Source of the DNA: an uncultured Acidobacteriota bacterium
GTDB lineage: Bacteria > Acidobacteriota > UBA6911 > RPQK01 > JAPXNP01
NCBI GenBank assembly: GCA_963777605.1
Contig: CAVZRV010000029.1
Location: 224,001 to 288,000 of the forward strand
Length of the DNA stretch: 64,000 nucleotides
Direction: 5' to 3'
Shown here: positions 1 to 10,730 of the stretch, in pieces
Numbering within the stretch: position 1 is the stretch's first letter
Layout of the letters: each line of letters begins with the position of its first letter
Position numbers and translations under genes: made by a program
The notes under the pieces: generated by a model
Databases searched by the model: none
What the model was told of the DNA's origin: nothing
Seen by the model: the letters and a program-made list of their open reading frames with translations, nothing else

Positions 1-1882
1 CCTGGATTTTGGATACCGATGGAGAATGGGCTTCAGGGGCAGTGAAGACCTCTATCGCAGTCAGATTGATCTCGGTGAGGGCCCGAAGCTGTTTTCGGGC
101 GACCTTTTCTTCGCGCCTGCGGCGGGCTCCAACCGTCTTCTCGACCGACTCGAACTGAACTTGGGTAGTTGGGGGGGAGAGCCCTACAATACGGCGCGCT
201 TCAGAATGGCCAAGAACGGCCTCTACGACCTGAACTTCAATTACCAGAACGTTTCGTTTTTCAACTCAATCCCGACCTTTGCCAATCCTCTGATTGAAAA
301 GGGCAGTCTCGTCTCGCAGCACCGCGAAGACAGTTCACTTCGGACTGCCAGCGTGGAGTTGCGCCTGTTCCCGGGGGCGCGGTGGACCCCGATTTTCGCG
401 TACCAGCGGACCAGTCGTTTTGGGAACGTCAACACGACCTTTTCGGGTGACTGGGACGAGTTCCAGTTGAATAAGGATTTGGACTTTTCGTCGGACGATC
501 TGCGGTTGGGAGTGCTCTACCATCGGAGCAATTTCTCGGCTCAGATCGAGCAGGGCGGGCGCTGGTATCGCGACTTGTCTACCTTCTCGTCTCCAGGCTT
601 TCAGGAGGGGAATTCGACGCGGCCGTTTATTGGCCGGGACATTTATCTGGACAGCTATGGGGCCCGGCAGGACGTCAAGTCCCGCATTATCCCGTACTCG
701 ACGGTGCGCTTGACCTATACACCCGTCAACAACATTTTGCTCCAGGGGCGGGCTTCCTATTCTCAGGCCGACTTCCGGTCGCGCTTCTATGAAGACCTCT
801 CCGGGAATTTTTTCTCGTACCCGGCTCTGAAAGCCTCCTACACGGGGAGCGAGCAAGATGTGTCCGGCCGATTCAAGTCTCCCAATCTCTTCATCGACCT
901 GTCGGGGCAGTGGTCCCTGGTCTCGAGAGTGCGGATCATCGAGCGGTATCAGGCACGGCGGTCGCACCTCTCAGGCTCTCGCTCACTCGATCTGACGCTC
1001 TACAACGTGGATCCGGCGCTGAGTATTCGCACTTATGATCAACTGGACCTCCAGAGTGTATGGCAGTCCCTGTATGCGCAGGACTATGACCGTCAGCAAC
1101 TGGAAGGGATCGTTGCCGCTACTCCTGAACTGGACCTGCGCGTGGGGCACCGCTATGAGAAACGCTCCATGGATCTGGGGTTATCCGGCGTGGATGAGAT
1201 CAGCCCGACGTCACCGCTGTTCGGGCGGCGCAGTTACGACGCCTCCCGGAACGTTTTAATCGTTGGAGGCGCATACCGGTTCTCGTCGCGGAATCGGTTG
1301 TCGGTCGATTACGAGCACGGCACTACGGACCAGCCTATCTTTCGGACCAGCGTCACCGATTTCGACCGGCTGAAGGTCAAGGGACGAGTCTCGCCGACGG
1401 AAGCTCTCGAATTCAGCGGGATGGTGTCTCTGTTCGACAACAAGGAAGACGTCATCGATTACAACTCCGAGAACCGGTCCTACAACCTGCAGTTCAACTA
1501 CCGCCCTTTCAGCAGGGTAGGTTTCTCGGGACAGTGGGAACGTACCGACTGGAACACCCGGATTCCGTACCTCGCCCCGCAGTCCCTGACGTGGGACCTC
1601 TTCCGGTTCGAGGAGAAGGCCAACTACGGCAACATGTTGGTCGATCTGACCCTGGTACGGAACTCGCGTCTCAGCCTCGGTTACTCGGTCTGGGGGAACA
1701 CCGGGACGTTCCCGGTGAATTTCCACCAGCCGACGGCCCGGCTCGACGTACCCCTGGGCGAGCGCCTGGTTGCTTACGGGCAGTGGAACTATTACGACTA
1801 CAACGAAAAGGTAGACTTCTATCCCCAGGACTACCGCACGCATCTGGCAGTCTTCGGGTTCCGGGTCAACATAGACCGGTGA
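1..1882 (+). CDS. Outer-membrane beta-barrel protein, MtrB/PioB-like (5'-truncated by window edge)
   Basis: Frame is open from position 2 (LDFGYRWRMG...); alternating amphipathic beta-strands rich in Y/F/W; C-terminal VFGFRVNIDR; multiheme cytochrome genes nearby. Family assignment is by resemblance only. Confidence 0.6.
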   Translation, partial: LDFGYRWRMGFRGSEDLYRSQIDLGEGPKLFSGDLFFAPAAGSNRLLDRLELNLGSWGGEPYNTARFRMAKNGLYDLNFNYQNVSFFNSIPTFANPLIEKGSLVSQHREDSSLRTASVELRLFPGARWTPIFAYQRTSRFGNVNTTFSGDWDEFQLNKDLDFSSDDLRLGVLYHRSNFSAQIEQGGRWYRDLSTFSSPGFQEGNSTRPFIGRDIYLDSYGARQDVKSRIIPYSTVRLTYTPVNNILLQGRASYSQADFRSRFYEDLSGNFFSYPALKASYTGSEQDVSGRFKSPNLFIDLSGQWSLVSRVRIIERYQARRSHLSGSRSLDLTLYNVDPALSIRTYDQLDLQSVWQSLYAQDYDRQQLEGIVAATPELDLRVGHRYEKRSMDLGLSGVDEISPTSPLFGRRSYDASRNVLIVGGAYRFSSRNRLSVDYEHGTTDQPIFRTSVTDFDRLKVKGRVSPTEALEFSGMVSLFDNKEDVIDYNSENRSYNLQFNYRPFSRVGFSGQWERTDWNTRIPYLAPQSLTWDLFRFEEKANYGNMLVDLTLVRNSRLSLGYSVWGNTGTFPVNFHQPTARLDVPLGERLVAYGQWNYYDYNEKVDFYPQDYRTHLAVFGFRVNIDR

Positions 1883-2183
1883 ACATCTGAAGTCTACGAT
1901 TTCTGATGGGTGATTTGGGGGCGGAATCGAGCGGTTCCGCCCTTCTCGCATACGGCCCTATCGCTTCCTCTCCCCCCAAGCGGCGCCCTTTGCACTTTCT
2001 TGCCGCGGTCTCTTCGCACTTCTTCCCACACGTTCGTTAATACTAGATGGGGATAGGGGTTTGGCCTCCGCCGGAGGCTTTGCCCGGGGGCTTCGTGTGC
2101 CCGCCGGCGGATTGGGCACGGAGCGACGAGGCTGATCTTGGTCTATTGGCGATTTTGGCAACACACGGCCGAAATCAAGAATC

Positions 2184-2768
2184 TCAGATTTTCTTGAGGA
2201 TTGCCACGGCCTCGATTTCGATGAGGAGGTCCTCTCGGCAGAGCCTGGCCTGGATCCCCACGCTGGCCGGAAGGGGGTCGAGGCAATGCCACTGGTAGAA
2301 AACGTTCCGCACCCGGTTGAACTCGTCGTAATCACGCTCGATGTCGCGCAGGTAGCAGGTCGTCTTGATCACGTCCTTCCACGTTGCACCTTCGCTTTCG
2401 AGGAGGGTGGTGATATTTCTGTATGTTCGCCAGCACTGGGCCCGGAAGTCCCCCTTGTAGACGGTCTCTCCGCCTCCATCGATGCTGGCAGTGCCGGAGA
2501 TCAGGAGGAGCGTGTATTTCCCGAGTTCGAGGCGCAACCCGCGGGAAAAGGCCGACCCGTAGTCACAGGCTTCGTTCAGAACGGAGTGCGCCGAGATCCC
2601 CTGCCTTTCCACCGATGAATAACCCGGCGGGTGAGGCGTCGGTTCGAGGGCTCGGGGTGTGCCGAGTGTCGACAACATGCCGAGAGCGATCAATTCATCG
2701 CGCTCTTCTTCGGAAACGTTTTCCAGGTCGAGTAGGTCTTTCACGGGATCGGCAACATTCTCAGTCAT
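2184..2768 (-). CDS. Rid (YjgF/YER057c/UK114) family protein, resembling the FkbO/Hyg5 chorismatase C-terminal domain
   Basis: AFSRG, ISGTASI, LPASVGIQARLCREDLLIEIEA motifs; ATG at 2768 follows a GGAGG RBS. Confidence 0.8.
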   Translation of the reverse strand: MTENVADPVKDLLDLENVSEEERDELIALGMLSTLGTPRALEPTPHPPGYSSVERQGISAHSVLNEACDYGSAFSRGLRLELGKYTLLLISGTASIDGGGETVYKGDFRAQCWRTYRNITTLLESEGATWKDVIKTTCYLRDIERDYDEFNRVRNVFYQWHCLDPLPASVGIQARLCREDLLIEIEAVAILKKI

Positions 2769-3706
2769 TGGATCGAAACTCCTCCACACAAACAGCAAAC
2801 AGGAGCAACTCTTCACGGGCAGGGAATTGCCGGAATCAGGGGCTTGTGCCCACAATTCCGAAACCCGTTCAACGCAGCGGCCCCAACTTCAGGCCCTATT
2901 CTAACTCAAACGGCGAGCTCAACTCGCCAACCGGAGGGACCTCCCGGTCAGCGTGACCCACTGATCGTCCCTCAGCCTGGGCTCGAAAGCGGCCTCAGTT
3001 ATTGAGTATCCCCCACCCAAATTGAATCCAGACCCTCCGAATTATCCAGGCCATCCAAGCGTGACAGGCGGGGAGAGGGGCAACGAGTGCCCCTCTCCGA
3101 CAAGGGAGGGTGAATAAATCTATGTGATTTGCTGTAGATATTGCACGCAAGTCGTATGCCACCCAGCGACCCGCATAAACGCTGAGTTTCCGTGATTTAT
3201 CCTGATCCGGTCCGGGGTACAAGACCCAAATCGCTTTGCCGGATGGTGAAATTCCCCAGTGGAATCGGGGGCAATTGGGGTGAGAAGGAGGATGCCGGGA
3301 GGATCAACTCCTTTTGGCGCAGGTAGCTGGAAGAGGAAGTTGACCCGGGTCAGTACGCCGAACCGGCTTTTCGGACCGTGACAACTCTCGCAACCGCGAA
3401 CCGATCCACTCAGTTCGAATGAATCGAGTCGGGCGTGGACAGACCGGGTGAGCTAAGTCGCAAGTTCCTCGTGGCAACTTGAGCAGGCCTGGATAGGAAC
3501 ATGGGAATCCTCTTGGACTCTGCTGAATCGTGAAGATTCCCCGCGTGTAAGAATGTGCCTTTTGCCCCAACAAATGTACTGTCTGGTGGGTTCAGTGGCC
3601 CACTCTGGTACCCTAAGATGGTCAGAGGGGAGAAAGGCGGACCCAAATCAACAAATTTGAAACGGAAGGGGACGTTTTTTGAGTCTATTAGGTCCGGAGA
3701 TGCAGC

Positions 3707-4207
3707 GTGAGTGACCAGATGGCAAGAGCCGGAAAGGCTCGAACGATTACCGCAATCCCGCTGGTCGCTCCATTCTCGGAGCCGCAGCCGGGGATGTTGA
3801 AAATCGGCGAAGCGGCTCGAAGACTGGGGATTTCGGTCCAGGCGATTCGCCTTTATGAGGCCGAAGGACTGTTGATCTCGTTCCGCTCTGAAAAGGGTAC
3901 CCGTTGGTACAGCGAGGCAGACCTTAACTGGATTGCGCAAATCAAGCGAATGGCGCAGGAGGGATTGAACTTCGAAGGCATCCGGCGCCTACTTGCTCAA
4001 ATCCCCTGCTGGGCTCTCAAACCCTGCCGCCCCGAGGCTCATGCCAACTGTGCTATGCGGTACGAGGCCCGAATGCCGTGCTGGATCGCGCCTGAGAAGC
4101 TCTGCACCGAACAGCTCAAAGAGTGCTACCACTGCAATGCCTATCGGCGCGCTTCCGACTTCGTCAATCTCAAGGTCAGCACCAACCTGATTGTCCTCGA
4201 AACCTGA
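3707..4207 (+). CDS. MerR-family transcriptional regulator with Cys-rich (two CW motifs) C-terminal domain
   Basis: LKIGEAARRLGISVQAIRLYEAEGLL...GTRWYS MerR HTH; C-terminus CW..C..C..CW..C..CxxC. Confidence 0.85.
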   Translation: MSDQMARAGKARTITAIPLVAPFSEPQPGMLKIGEAARRLGISVQAIRLYEAEGLLISFRSEKGTRWYSEADLNWIAQIKRMAQEGLNFEGIRRLLAQIPCWALKPCRPEAHANCAMRYEARMPCWIAPEKLCTEQLKECYHCNAYRRASDFVNLKVSTNLIVLET

Positions 4208-4235
4208 TCCCTGATCTCCGCTCTTCCGCACCGCA

Positions 4236-4251
4236 AGGCACGAATCGTGCT
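4236..4251 (+). promoter_or_regulatory. Putative sigma54 (-24/-12) promoter upstream of the cytochrome gene
   Basis: AGGCACGAATCGTGCT: GG-N10-GC spacing with the GGCACG consensus; about 55-70 bp upstream of the CDS. Confidence 0.6.
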
Positions 4252-4306
4252 TGCTGTTCAGCAAAAGTAGCTGTTTGAGACGTCTCCAATTAGTCTGACT
4301 TCGGCA

Positions 4307-6259
4307 GTGGAAAGTGGAATGAGATTGATAAAGAGCGGAACTTGTCTGCGGTTATTGTTTACCTGTTCAGTGTTGTTTCTGTTGCCTTTGCAGGTTCTAA
4401 TGGCGCAGGAGGCCGAAACCTGCCTGGAGTGTCACGGGGACCAGGGATTGACCGAGGATCCGGATACAGCTCGCCTGTTCGTTGATGGTGCCGTATTTGA
4501 GAACTCGGTCCACGGGACTTTCACCTGTGTTGACTGCCACCAGGATCTTGCTGGCGCTGACCCTTATGGGCATGCTTCAGACCTGGCCCCAGTCGATTGT
4601 TCCATGTGCCACGACGATATCGTCTCTGAGTACCACGAAAGCCTGCACTACTATGCCCGTCAACGGGGAAACGACCGGGCACCCGAATGTACGGGCTGTC
4701 ACGGGACGCACAACATCCTGCCCAAGAGTGACCCTACATCTCCGAGTCACCGCGGAAACATCGTGGAGATGTGCGCTTCCTGCCACAGCGGTCGCGACCT
4801 CTTAGCCGACCAGTTGGTCCGCCTGCCCGAGGCTGCACGTGGCTACGCAAGTTCGGTCCATGGGCAGGCCCAAAGGCGCGGGATCGACACCGCGGCGGTC
4901 TGCAGCGACTGTCACGGAGCCCACCTTCTGAAGGGTGTGCTCGATCCCCAGTCGAAGATCAACCCGGTGAATGTTAGTAAGACGTGCGGGCAGTGCCACA
5001 ATGACATTCGCGATCAGTACGACAAGTCAATCCACGGCCGCGCGCTGGCTGCCGGGATTTCGGAGAGCCCGACCTGCAATACCTGTCACGGTGAGCACCA
5101 GATTGAGTCACCCAAAGATCCGAATGCCGCAACTTCGGCGGCGCGTCAGGCTATGGAGACCTGTGCCTCATGTCACGAGAATCCTCGCATGAATGCCAAG
5201 TTCGGGCTCGCGGGGAATGTGGTGTCGAGTTATGAGGACAGCTACCACGGTTGGGCAAAGCGGTGGGATTCTCCGACTGCCGCGACCTGCGTTCGTTGCC
5301 ACACTGCTCACTGGGTACTTCCGGAGCGAGATCCAGCTTCTACGATAAGCCCGAAGAACGTCACAGAGACGTGCCGGCAGTGCCATCCCGACGCGGACCT
5401 GGCATTTTCGATCAGCTACACCCACAAGACGGCAGCACCGTCGGCCAACCCCGTGACCCAGTGGCTGGAATGGGCGTACATGATCATCATCCCCGCAGTT
5501 ATCGGGGGCATGATCATTCACAACCTGATCATCTGGATCTTCTACCTCATCCGCCGTCGTCGAAACGAACTGAGCGGCGAGCAGATCAGCCGAATGGACA
5601 AGAGCCAGGTGCTCCAGCACCTGGTTCTTGCGGTCAGCTTCACCGTTCTGGTGCTGACCGGGTTTGCCTTGCGCTACCCGGATGCTTTCTGGGTCATTCC
5701 GCTGAAAGCCATGGGCCTTGATGAGACCCTGCGTTCGATCGTTCACCGGGTGGCTGGAGTCGCGCTGATCGGTGTAAGTGTCTACCATGTGGCCTACGTG
5801 GTTGCCAGCCGAAGAGGGCGTCGCGACCTGATCGGGATGGCCCCGCGCCTGCGCGATCTGACCGACTTCATCGCCAACATGGGCTACTACCTTGGATGGC
5901 GGTCGCGCCGGGTCGAATTCGACCAGTATGACTACACGCAAAAGGCGGAATACTGGGCGCTGGTTTGGGGGACCCTGGTCATGGCCCTGAGCGGCCTCGT
6001 GCTCTGGTTCCCGGAAATTGCGGTCAACTACTTCCCGACCTGGATTGTCCAGGCGTCCCAGTTGCTGCACTTCTATGAAGCGTGGCTGGCCATGCTGGCC
6101 ATCATCGTGTGGCACTTCTTCTTCGTCATCGCCCACCCGGAGGTCTATCCCATGAGTTGGACCTGGATCACCGGGAAGATGAACAAGGAAGAGGCCCTGC
6201 ATCACCATGGCGAGTGGGTAGAGCGACTGGAGAAGGAAGAAACCGAAAAACTGATCTGA
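4307..6259 (+). CDS. Multiheme cytochrome c (11 CxxCH) fused to a FdnI/HydC-type cytochrome b domain, CbcL-like
   Basis: Signal peptide; CLECH, CVDCH, CSMCH, CTGCH, CASCH, CSDCH, CGQCH, CNTCH, CASCH, CVRCH, CRQCH; C-terminal TM helices with His ligands (QH, HR...YH, HFYEA...WH) and YDYTQKAEYW. Confidence 0.88.
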   Translation: MESGMRLIKSGTCLRLLFTCSVLFLLPLQVLMAQEAETCLECHGDQGLTEDPDTARLFVDGAVFENSVHGTFTCVDCHQDLAGADPYGHASDLAPVDCSMCHDDIVSEYHESLHYYARQRGNDRAPECTGCHGTHNILPKSDPTSPSHRGNIVEMCASCHSGRDLLADQLVRLPEAARGYASSVHGQAQRRGIDTAAVCSDCHGAHLLKGVLDPQSKINPVNVSKTCGQCHNDIRDQYDKSIHGRALAAGISESPTCNTCHGEHQIESPKDPNAATSAARQAMETCASCHENPRMNAKFGLAGNVVSSYEDSYHGWAKRWDSPTAATCVRCHTAHWVLPERDPASTISPKNVTETCRQCHPDADLAFSISYTHKTAAPSANPVTQWLEWAYMIIIPAVIGGMIIHNLIIWIFYLIRRRRNELSGEQISRMDKSQVLQHLVLAVSFTVLVLTGFALRYPDAFWVIPLKAMGLDETLRSIVHRVAGVALIGVSVYHVAYVVASRRGRRDLIGMAPRLRDLTDFIANMGYYLGWRSRRVEFDQYDYTQKAEYWALVWGTLVMALSGLVLWFPEIAVNYFPTWIVQASQLLHFYEAWLAMLAIIVWHFFFVIAHPEVYPMSWTWITGKMNKEEALHHHGEWVERLEKEETEKLI

Positions 6260-6351
6260 GGCCTTCGAATTGAAACGCGAAGTCGCGAAGGTCGCCAGGG
6301 GTGTTTTGTTGAAAAAAGAGTTCTTCGCGCCTTGGGGCGGTTCAATCCAGT

Positions 6352-6830
6352 CGGGGCAGTTTCACTCTCTGAATGATCCGCGGGGGCGGGCTGAACCTGA
6401 AACTTCAACTTGGATAAGTTGAAAGACTTGGACGAATTGGACGCGTCTGGGTCGGGACTGAGGCGATCGGTGGAGAGCCAGGTACGCGATTATCGGCTGG
6501 TTCCTGGTCAGGTGCCACACGTGGATGAGTGATGATCACAGGATCGGCGCCGGGCTGGCCCCTGAAGGGGGCCTGTTTCCAGCCCAGGCATTTGCCTGGG
6601 TTCACGGTCCACCCATTAAGAATCCAGCCCTGACGGGGCTGAACACCTCAACACCGCTTCGGACGAGGTGAATCCGGGGCGCGACCTTACAGGCCGCAAT
6701 CGAAGTGCAGAACCACAGACCCAAGGCAGGGCCTGGGTCTGAAACAAGGCGCCTTCAGCGCCCGGCCCAGTTTCACGCTCTGAATCATCCGCCGCCGCCG
6801 GGGGCGGGGCTGAACCTGAAACTCCTGAGA
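6352..6830. repeat. Cluster of REP-like palindromic/degenerate repeats between convergent cytochrome genes
   Basis: CAGTTTCAC.CTCTGAAT.ATCCGC..GGGGGCGGG.CTGAACCTGAAAC occurs at about 6356 and 6768; hairpins GCCCTGAAGGGGGC and CCCAGGCATTTGCCTGGG; 6677-6785 is homologous to 23519-23633. Confidence 0.55.
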
Positions 6831-6880
6831 CTGGGCCACTGCTTCCGTCTTGGAGACAAGCGCGGACGCTTGTCTCCCCG

Positions 6881-8320
6881 CTACTGCTCCAGCCCAAGTT
6901 CCGAGAGGATCTCCGGGTTCTCCTCTTCCGTGGCCAGAATCGTGTGGCAGCTTTCGCAGTCCTGCTCGATGCTTCTGCCGTCGGAACTGGCGTGGCTCCC
7001 GTCATGACAGCGCATGCAGCCGCCTTCGAAGTTCATGCCGTTGTGATTCAGGTTGACTGGGTGGTAGCCCCAGCCCAGCTGCATGTCCGGAAAGACGTTA
7101 CGGGCGTATATCTGTTCGGCGGCCTCAGCAGCCTGATCGACCTTCTCCTGGTTGGAAGAGTAGTAATCTGCCTGATTGGCCTTGTAATAGTCGATCAGCT
7201 TCGTTTTGACCGCTGTGCTCGACTCCAGGTTGTCACCCACCTCCATGAGTACTTCTTCGGCGGTCTCGCGAATGAACGGAATAGATCTGTCGATTCGGCC
7301 CTCGGCCATGGCGTTATCGACCGCATCACCGGGGAGCTTGAATACGTGGGTAGGACGGTTGTGGCAGTCAATGCAGTCCATCTTGCGAATCTTGCTCCGA
7401 TCCATTGTGGACGCGTCGAAGCCCTCGGCCACGAACTCGGTCTCCTTGTCCCCTTCCCGGATCTGAACCCAGGGGATCACCTGGCGACGCTCATCGGAAG
7501 CGTAGTAATAGGTTTCATGTTTCTTATTGACGTGCCAGCTGTGGATGCCCTGCGCCCGGTCTCCACCTCCGATGTGCATCACAAGGATGCTCTTGAGGGG
7601 GGTGTTCGCCTCGTCGGTCTCGAACCGGTCGATGACGCGGACGCGGTCTCCCGAGAATTTTGCCGGCCAGTGGCAGTTTTCGCAGATGTCCTGGGACGGG
7701 CGAAGGTTCTCAACCGGGGAAGGAATCGGGCGTTCGTAAGTATTGAACGTTACGGCGAAGACCTGTCCCATACCCGACAGCTTCGCACGCACGAACCAAG
7801 GTGCCCCGGGGCCGATGTGGCATTCGACGCAAGCGACCCGAGAGTGGGGCGAGCCCTGGTAGGCCACATATTCGGGCTGCATCACAGTGTGGCAAACCTG
7901 GCCACAAAACTGGGTGGAGTCCATGTAGTGGACACCCTCGTAACTGACAACCCCGACAATCAGCACATTGATGACGGTCAAAAGACCGATCCCCACGGCA
8001 AGGCGTCGTGTCCTCGAACTTCTGAAATCGACAACCGGATAGTAGCCTTCCTCAGCTCGACGCTCTCCCGCCGCGACAGCCGTCTCGTGGCGGCGGTGGA
8101 CCCAGATCCCCACCGGGATCAGCAGGAGTCCTCCCACGAAGATACCGGGTAGGACAAGTAGCGCCATCAAAGCGATGTACGGTGAATTGGCCAACCCGAT
8201 CAGTCCCAGGAGGAGAAAGAGAACCATGGCAACAGCACTGACCGTCGTGATGCTTGCCCCGAACAGGGTGATCCAGTTAGTTCCGAAGAGCCGTAGTAGG
8301 GGCGCCCCAATTTGCCGCAT
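6881..8320 (-). CDS. NapC/NirT-family membrane-anchored multiheme cytochrome c, ImcH-like (5 CxxCH + 1 CxxxCH)
   Basis: Three N-terminal TM segments; FCGQVCH, CVECHIGPG, CENCH, CIDCHNRPTH, CMRCH, CESCH. Confidence 0.85.
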   Translation of the reverse strand: MRQIGAPLLRLFGTNWITLFGASITTVSAVAMVLFLLLGLIGLANSPYIALMALLVLPGIFVGGLLLIPVGIWVHRRHETAVAAGERRAEEGYYPVVDFRSSRTRRLAVGIGLLTVINVLIVGVVSYEGVHYMDSTQFCGQVCHTVMQPEYVAYQGSPHSRVACVECHIGPGAPWFVRAKLSGMGQVFAVTFNTYERPIPSPVENLRPSQDICENCHWPAKFSGDRVRVIDRFETDEANTPLKSILVMHIGGGDRAQGIHSWHVNKKHETYYYASDERRQVIPWVQIREGDKETEFVAEGFDASTMDRSKIRKMDCIDCHNRPTHVFKLPGDAVDNAMAEGRIDRSIPFIRETAEEVLMEVGDNLESSTAVKTKLIDYYKANQADYYSSNQEKVDQAAEAAEQIYARNVFPDMQLGWGYHPVNLNHNGMNFEGGCMRCHDGSHASSDGRSIEQDCESCHTILATEEENPEILSELGLEQ

Positions 8321-8478
8321 TTTTGTCCCTATCCTTCCGGTGAAATTGAATCTGAATTTAGGATAACGATCAGAAGTCCCCTATTGTAGGGTGAATCGCC
8401 TCTGGATGCGTGAATACCATCACAATCGCGGCAGTTGAAGGAATGCAGGAATGGTCAGCAGGCTGTTCGAAATTCGGG

Positions 8479-9672
8479 CTATGAGCCCTGGTCAAGAAGG
8501 GTTTCCGAAGCAGCTTTGACTCCGGCCCCGGGTTCAGCCCTGAATCCCTGCTCCCGAAGACCTCCCTCCAGTGCATGGAGGAAACGGAAGATGTTTTCCG
8601 GCCGGGAACTCTCTCCCATCAACCCGACTCGCCAGACCTTCCCCTTGAGGTCTCCCAATCCGCCTCCGATCTCGAGGTTGAACTCGTGCAGGAGGTGGAA
8701 ACGCAAGGCGTTGTCGTCAACTCCGTTGGGAATAACGACCGTATTCAGTGTCCAGAGACGGTGGTCGGGATCGACGAGCATTTCCAGGCCCATAGCCTCC
8801 AGTCCCTTGACCAGGGCGAGATGATGGCGGTGGTGCCGGATCCACCTTGATTCGAGGCCTTCCTCGAAAATGAGATTCAATGCCTCATTAAGAGCGTAGT
8901 TCATTGATATCGGTGCGGTGTGATGGTAGGACCGGTCGGCTCCCCAGTAGTTCCGAACCAGGTTGAGATCCAGATACCAGGACTGACAGGGTTTGGCCCG
9001 TTTCTCCAGAGTCTCAAGTGCCCGCCTGGAGACCGTAATCGGAGCCAGGCCGGGGGGGCAGCTCAGGCACTTCTGAGTGCCGCTGTAACAGATGTCGATG
9101 CCCCATTCGTCGACCATGACGGGATGGCCTGCCAGCGAGGTCACGCAGTCGACCAGCAGAAGGGCGCCGACTTCGTCACAGATCTCCCGAATCGGCTCGA
9201 TTGGCTGAAGGACTCCCGTCGAAGTCTCTGCGTGCACCACAGCGATTACCTTCGGTCTGGTCCGGAGGGCTTCGCGCCGGAGTGCAGCGAGATCCGGTGC
9301 CTGCCCAAAGGGTACGGAAACGGAACTACAGTTCGCTCCGGCGCGCCGCATCTCCTCAACCAGGCGGAGGCCAAAGACACCATTCACGCAGACCAGAGTG
9401 GGGTCCTCCTCCTCCACGAAGTTGACTACCGCAGCCTCCATCCCGGCACTGCCAGTCCCCGAGACCGGAATCGTCAACTGATTCGTAGTGCCGAAGAGAG
9501 CACGCAACTGTGCCTGAATCCGATTCATCAGTTCCAGGAATTCGGGATCCAGATGTCCCACCATGGGCTGGGCCATGGCCGCCAAAACCCGAGGTGAAAC
9601 ATTGGATGGCCCGGGGCCCATAAGGAGTCGTTCAGAGGGACGGAAACTGCTGGTCAAGTCGGTTGAACTCAT
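8479..9672 (-). CDS. Alanine-glyoxylate / serine-pyruvate aminotransferase (class V PLP enzyme)
   Basis: [32 protein letters not shown] (PLP lysine), YHHT, WRVGLMG. Confidence 0.93.
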   Translation of the reverse strand: MSSTDLTSSFRPSERLLMGPGPSNVSPRVLAAMAQPMVGHLDPEFLELMNRIQAQLRALFGTTNQLTIPVSGTGSAGMEAAVVNFVEEEDPTLVCVNGVFGLRLVEEMRRAGANCSSVSVPFGQAPDLAALRREALRTRPKVIAVVHAETSTGVLQPIEPIREICDEVGALLLVDCVTSLAGHPVMVDEWGIDICYSGTQKCLSCPPGLAPITVSRRALETLEKRAKPCQSWYLDLNLVRNYWGADRSYHHTAPISMNYALNEALNLIFEEGLESRWIRHHRHHLALVKGLEAMGLEMLVDPDHRLWTLNTVVIPNGVDDNALRFHLLHEFNLEIGGGLGDLKGKVWRVGLMGESSRPENIFRFLHALEGGLREQGFRAEPGAGVKAASETLLDQGS

Positions 9673-9797
9673 ACCGCAGATATATCAGGTTCCCGCCCCG
9701 GGATACAGAGGTCAGCACCGAGACCCGAGTTGCTTTTGCGCTAAAACAGTGGCAACGTATGCATTGGGACGAGCCCAAGGGGTCCCAGGGAGATCGT

Positions 9798-10697
9798 ATG
9801 CAGGTCCGGAAGATCCTTTATCCCACTGACTTTTCGGGTGCTTCGCAGCCGGCGCTGCGCCATGCCATGGAGCTTTGCCGCCGGTTCAACGCGCAACTTG
9901 TTTTGACCCACGTGCGGACGCCTTTTTCGGACGATCCCAATCGCCCGGAATACCACTTCATAGACGAGGGCCGGTACGCGGCTTTCATCGAATCCGAACT
10001 GAAGAAGGCCGCTGAAGGACTCCCCGATGACTTCCGGATCAGCACGGTAATTGGACGGGACGTTTCTCCCGCCAATGGTATTCTGCGAGTGGCGGGAGAG
10101 CAGAACGTGGATATGATCGCCATGGGGACTCACGGGCGGTCTGGGCTCGGGCACTTCTTCCTGGGAAGCGTTGCCGAGCGGGTCGTCCGTCACGCCAAGG
10201 TTCCCGTGCTCACCGTCGCGTCCAAGCGGGATCGCTATCGTGACGATCCCCTCTACCGGACCATCCTGGCAACTTACGATTTCTCGGTTCACTCGAATGA
10301 AGCCGTGATTCGGGCCCGCGACCTGGCTGACGCGTATGGCGCCAGGTTGCTGGTTCTCTACGTCATCGAACAGGAGATTCACCCCGGATACTACGAAGTC
10401 TGGAAGGTCTCGGTGCGCAAGGAAATGCCGGAAATCCAGCAGGAGGCGCGCAAGTCACTGGAGAAAATATTGGGGGAGGTTCCGGTGAAGGATGCCGAAC
10501 TCCACGTGGAAGTAGGAGAAGGAGACGGCCGGGTCCACCGGGATATCAGGCGATTCGCCCAGACCCACGATGTAGACCTGATTGTGATGGGGACCTACGG
10601 TCTGTCCGGCATTGAGCACATGCTGCTTGGGAGTACCACCGAGAGAATGCTCAGGATTGCCCATTGCCCGGTGATGACGTTTCACCTGCAGCGCTGA
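9798..10697 (+). CDS. Universal stress protein with tandem USP domains
   Basis: Two repeats, ILYPTDFS...MGTHGRSG..FLGSVAERVVRHA and YDFS...MGTYG..LLGSTTERMLR; ATG at 9798 after GGGAG. Confidence 0.92.
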   Translation: MQVRKILYPTDFSGASQPALRHAMELCRRFNAQLVLTHVRTPFSDDPNRPEYHFIDEGRYAAFIESELKKAAEGLPDDFRISTVIGRDVSPANGILRVAGEQNVDMIAMGTHGRSGLGHFFLGSVAERVVRHAKVPVLTVASKRDRYRDDPLYRTILATYDFSVHSNEAVIRARDLADAYGARLLVLYVIEQEIHPGYYEVWKVSVRKEMPEIQQEARKSLEKILGEVPVKDAELHVEVGEGDGRVHRDIRRFAQTHDVDLIVMGTYGLSGIEHMLLGSTTERMLRIAHCPVMTFHLQR

Positions 10698-10730
10698 CCG
10701 GGCAGACCGAGGCTTTCTTGATGACCGAAC

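Noticed and set aside
2860-3700. Riboswitch or ncRNA in the long divergent intergenic region (hairpin at about 3074-3098)
   Set aside because: Hairpins are present but I recognise no family consensus; an Rfam/Infernal search would be needed.
9750-9765. Sigma54 promoter upstream of the USP gene
   Set aside because: TGGCAACGTATGCA has only 8 nt between GG and GC instead of the required 10.
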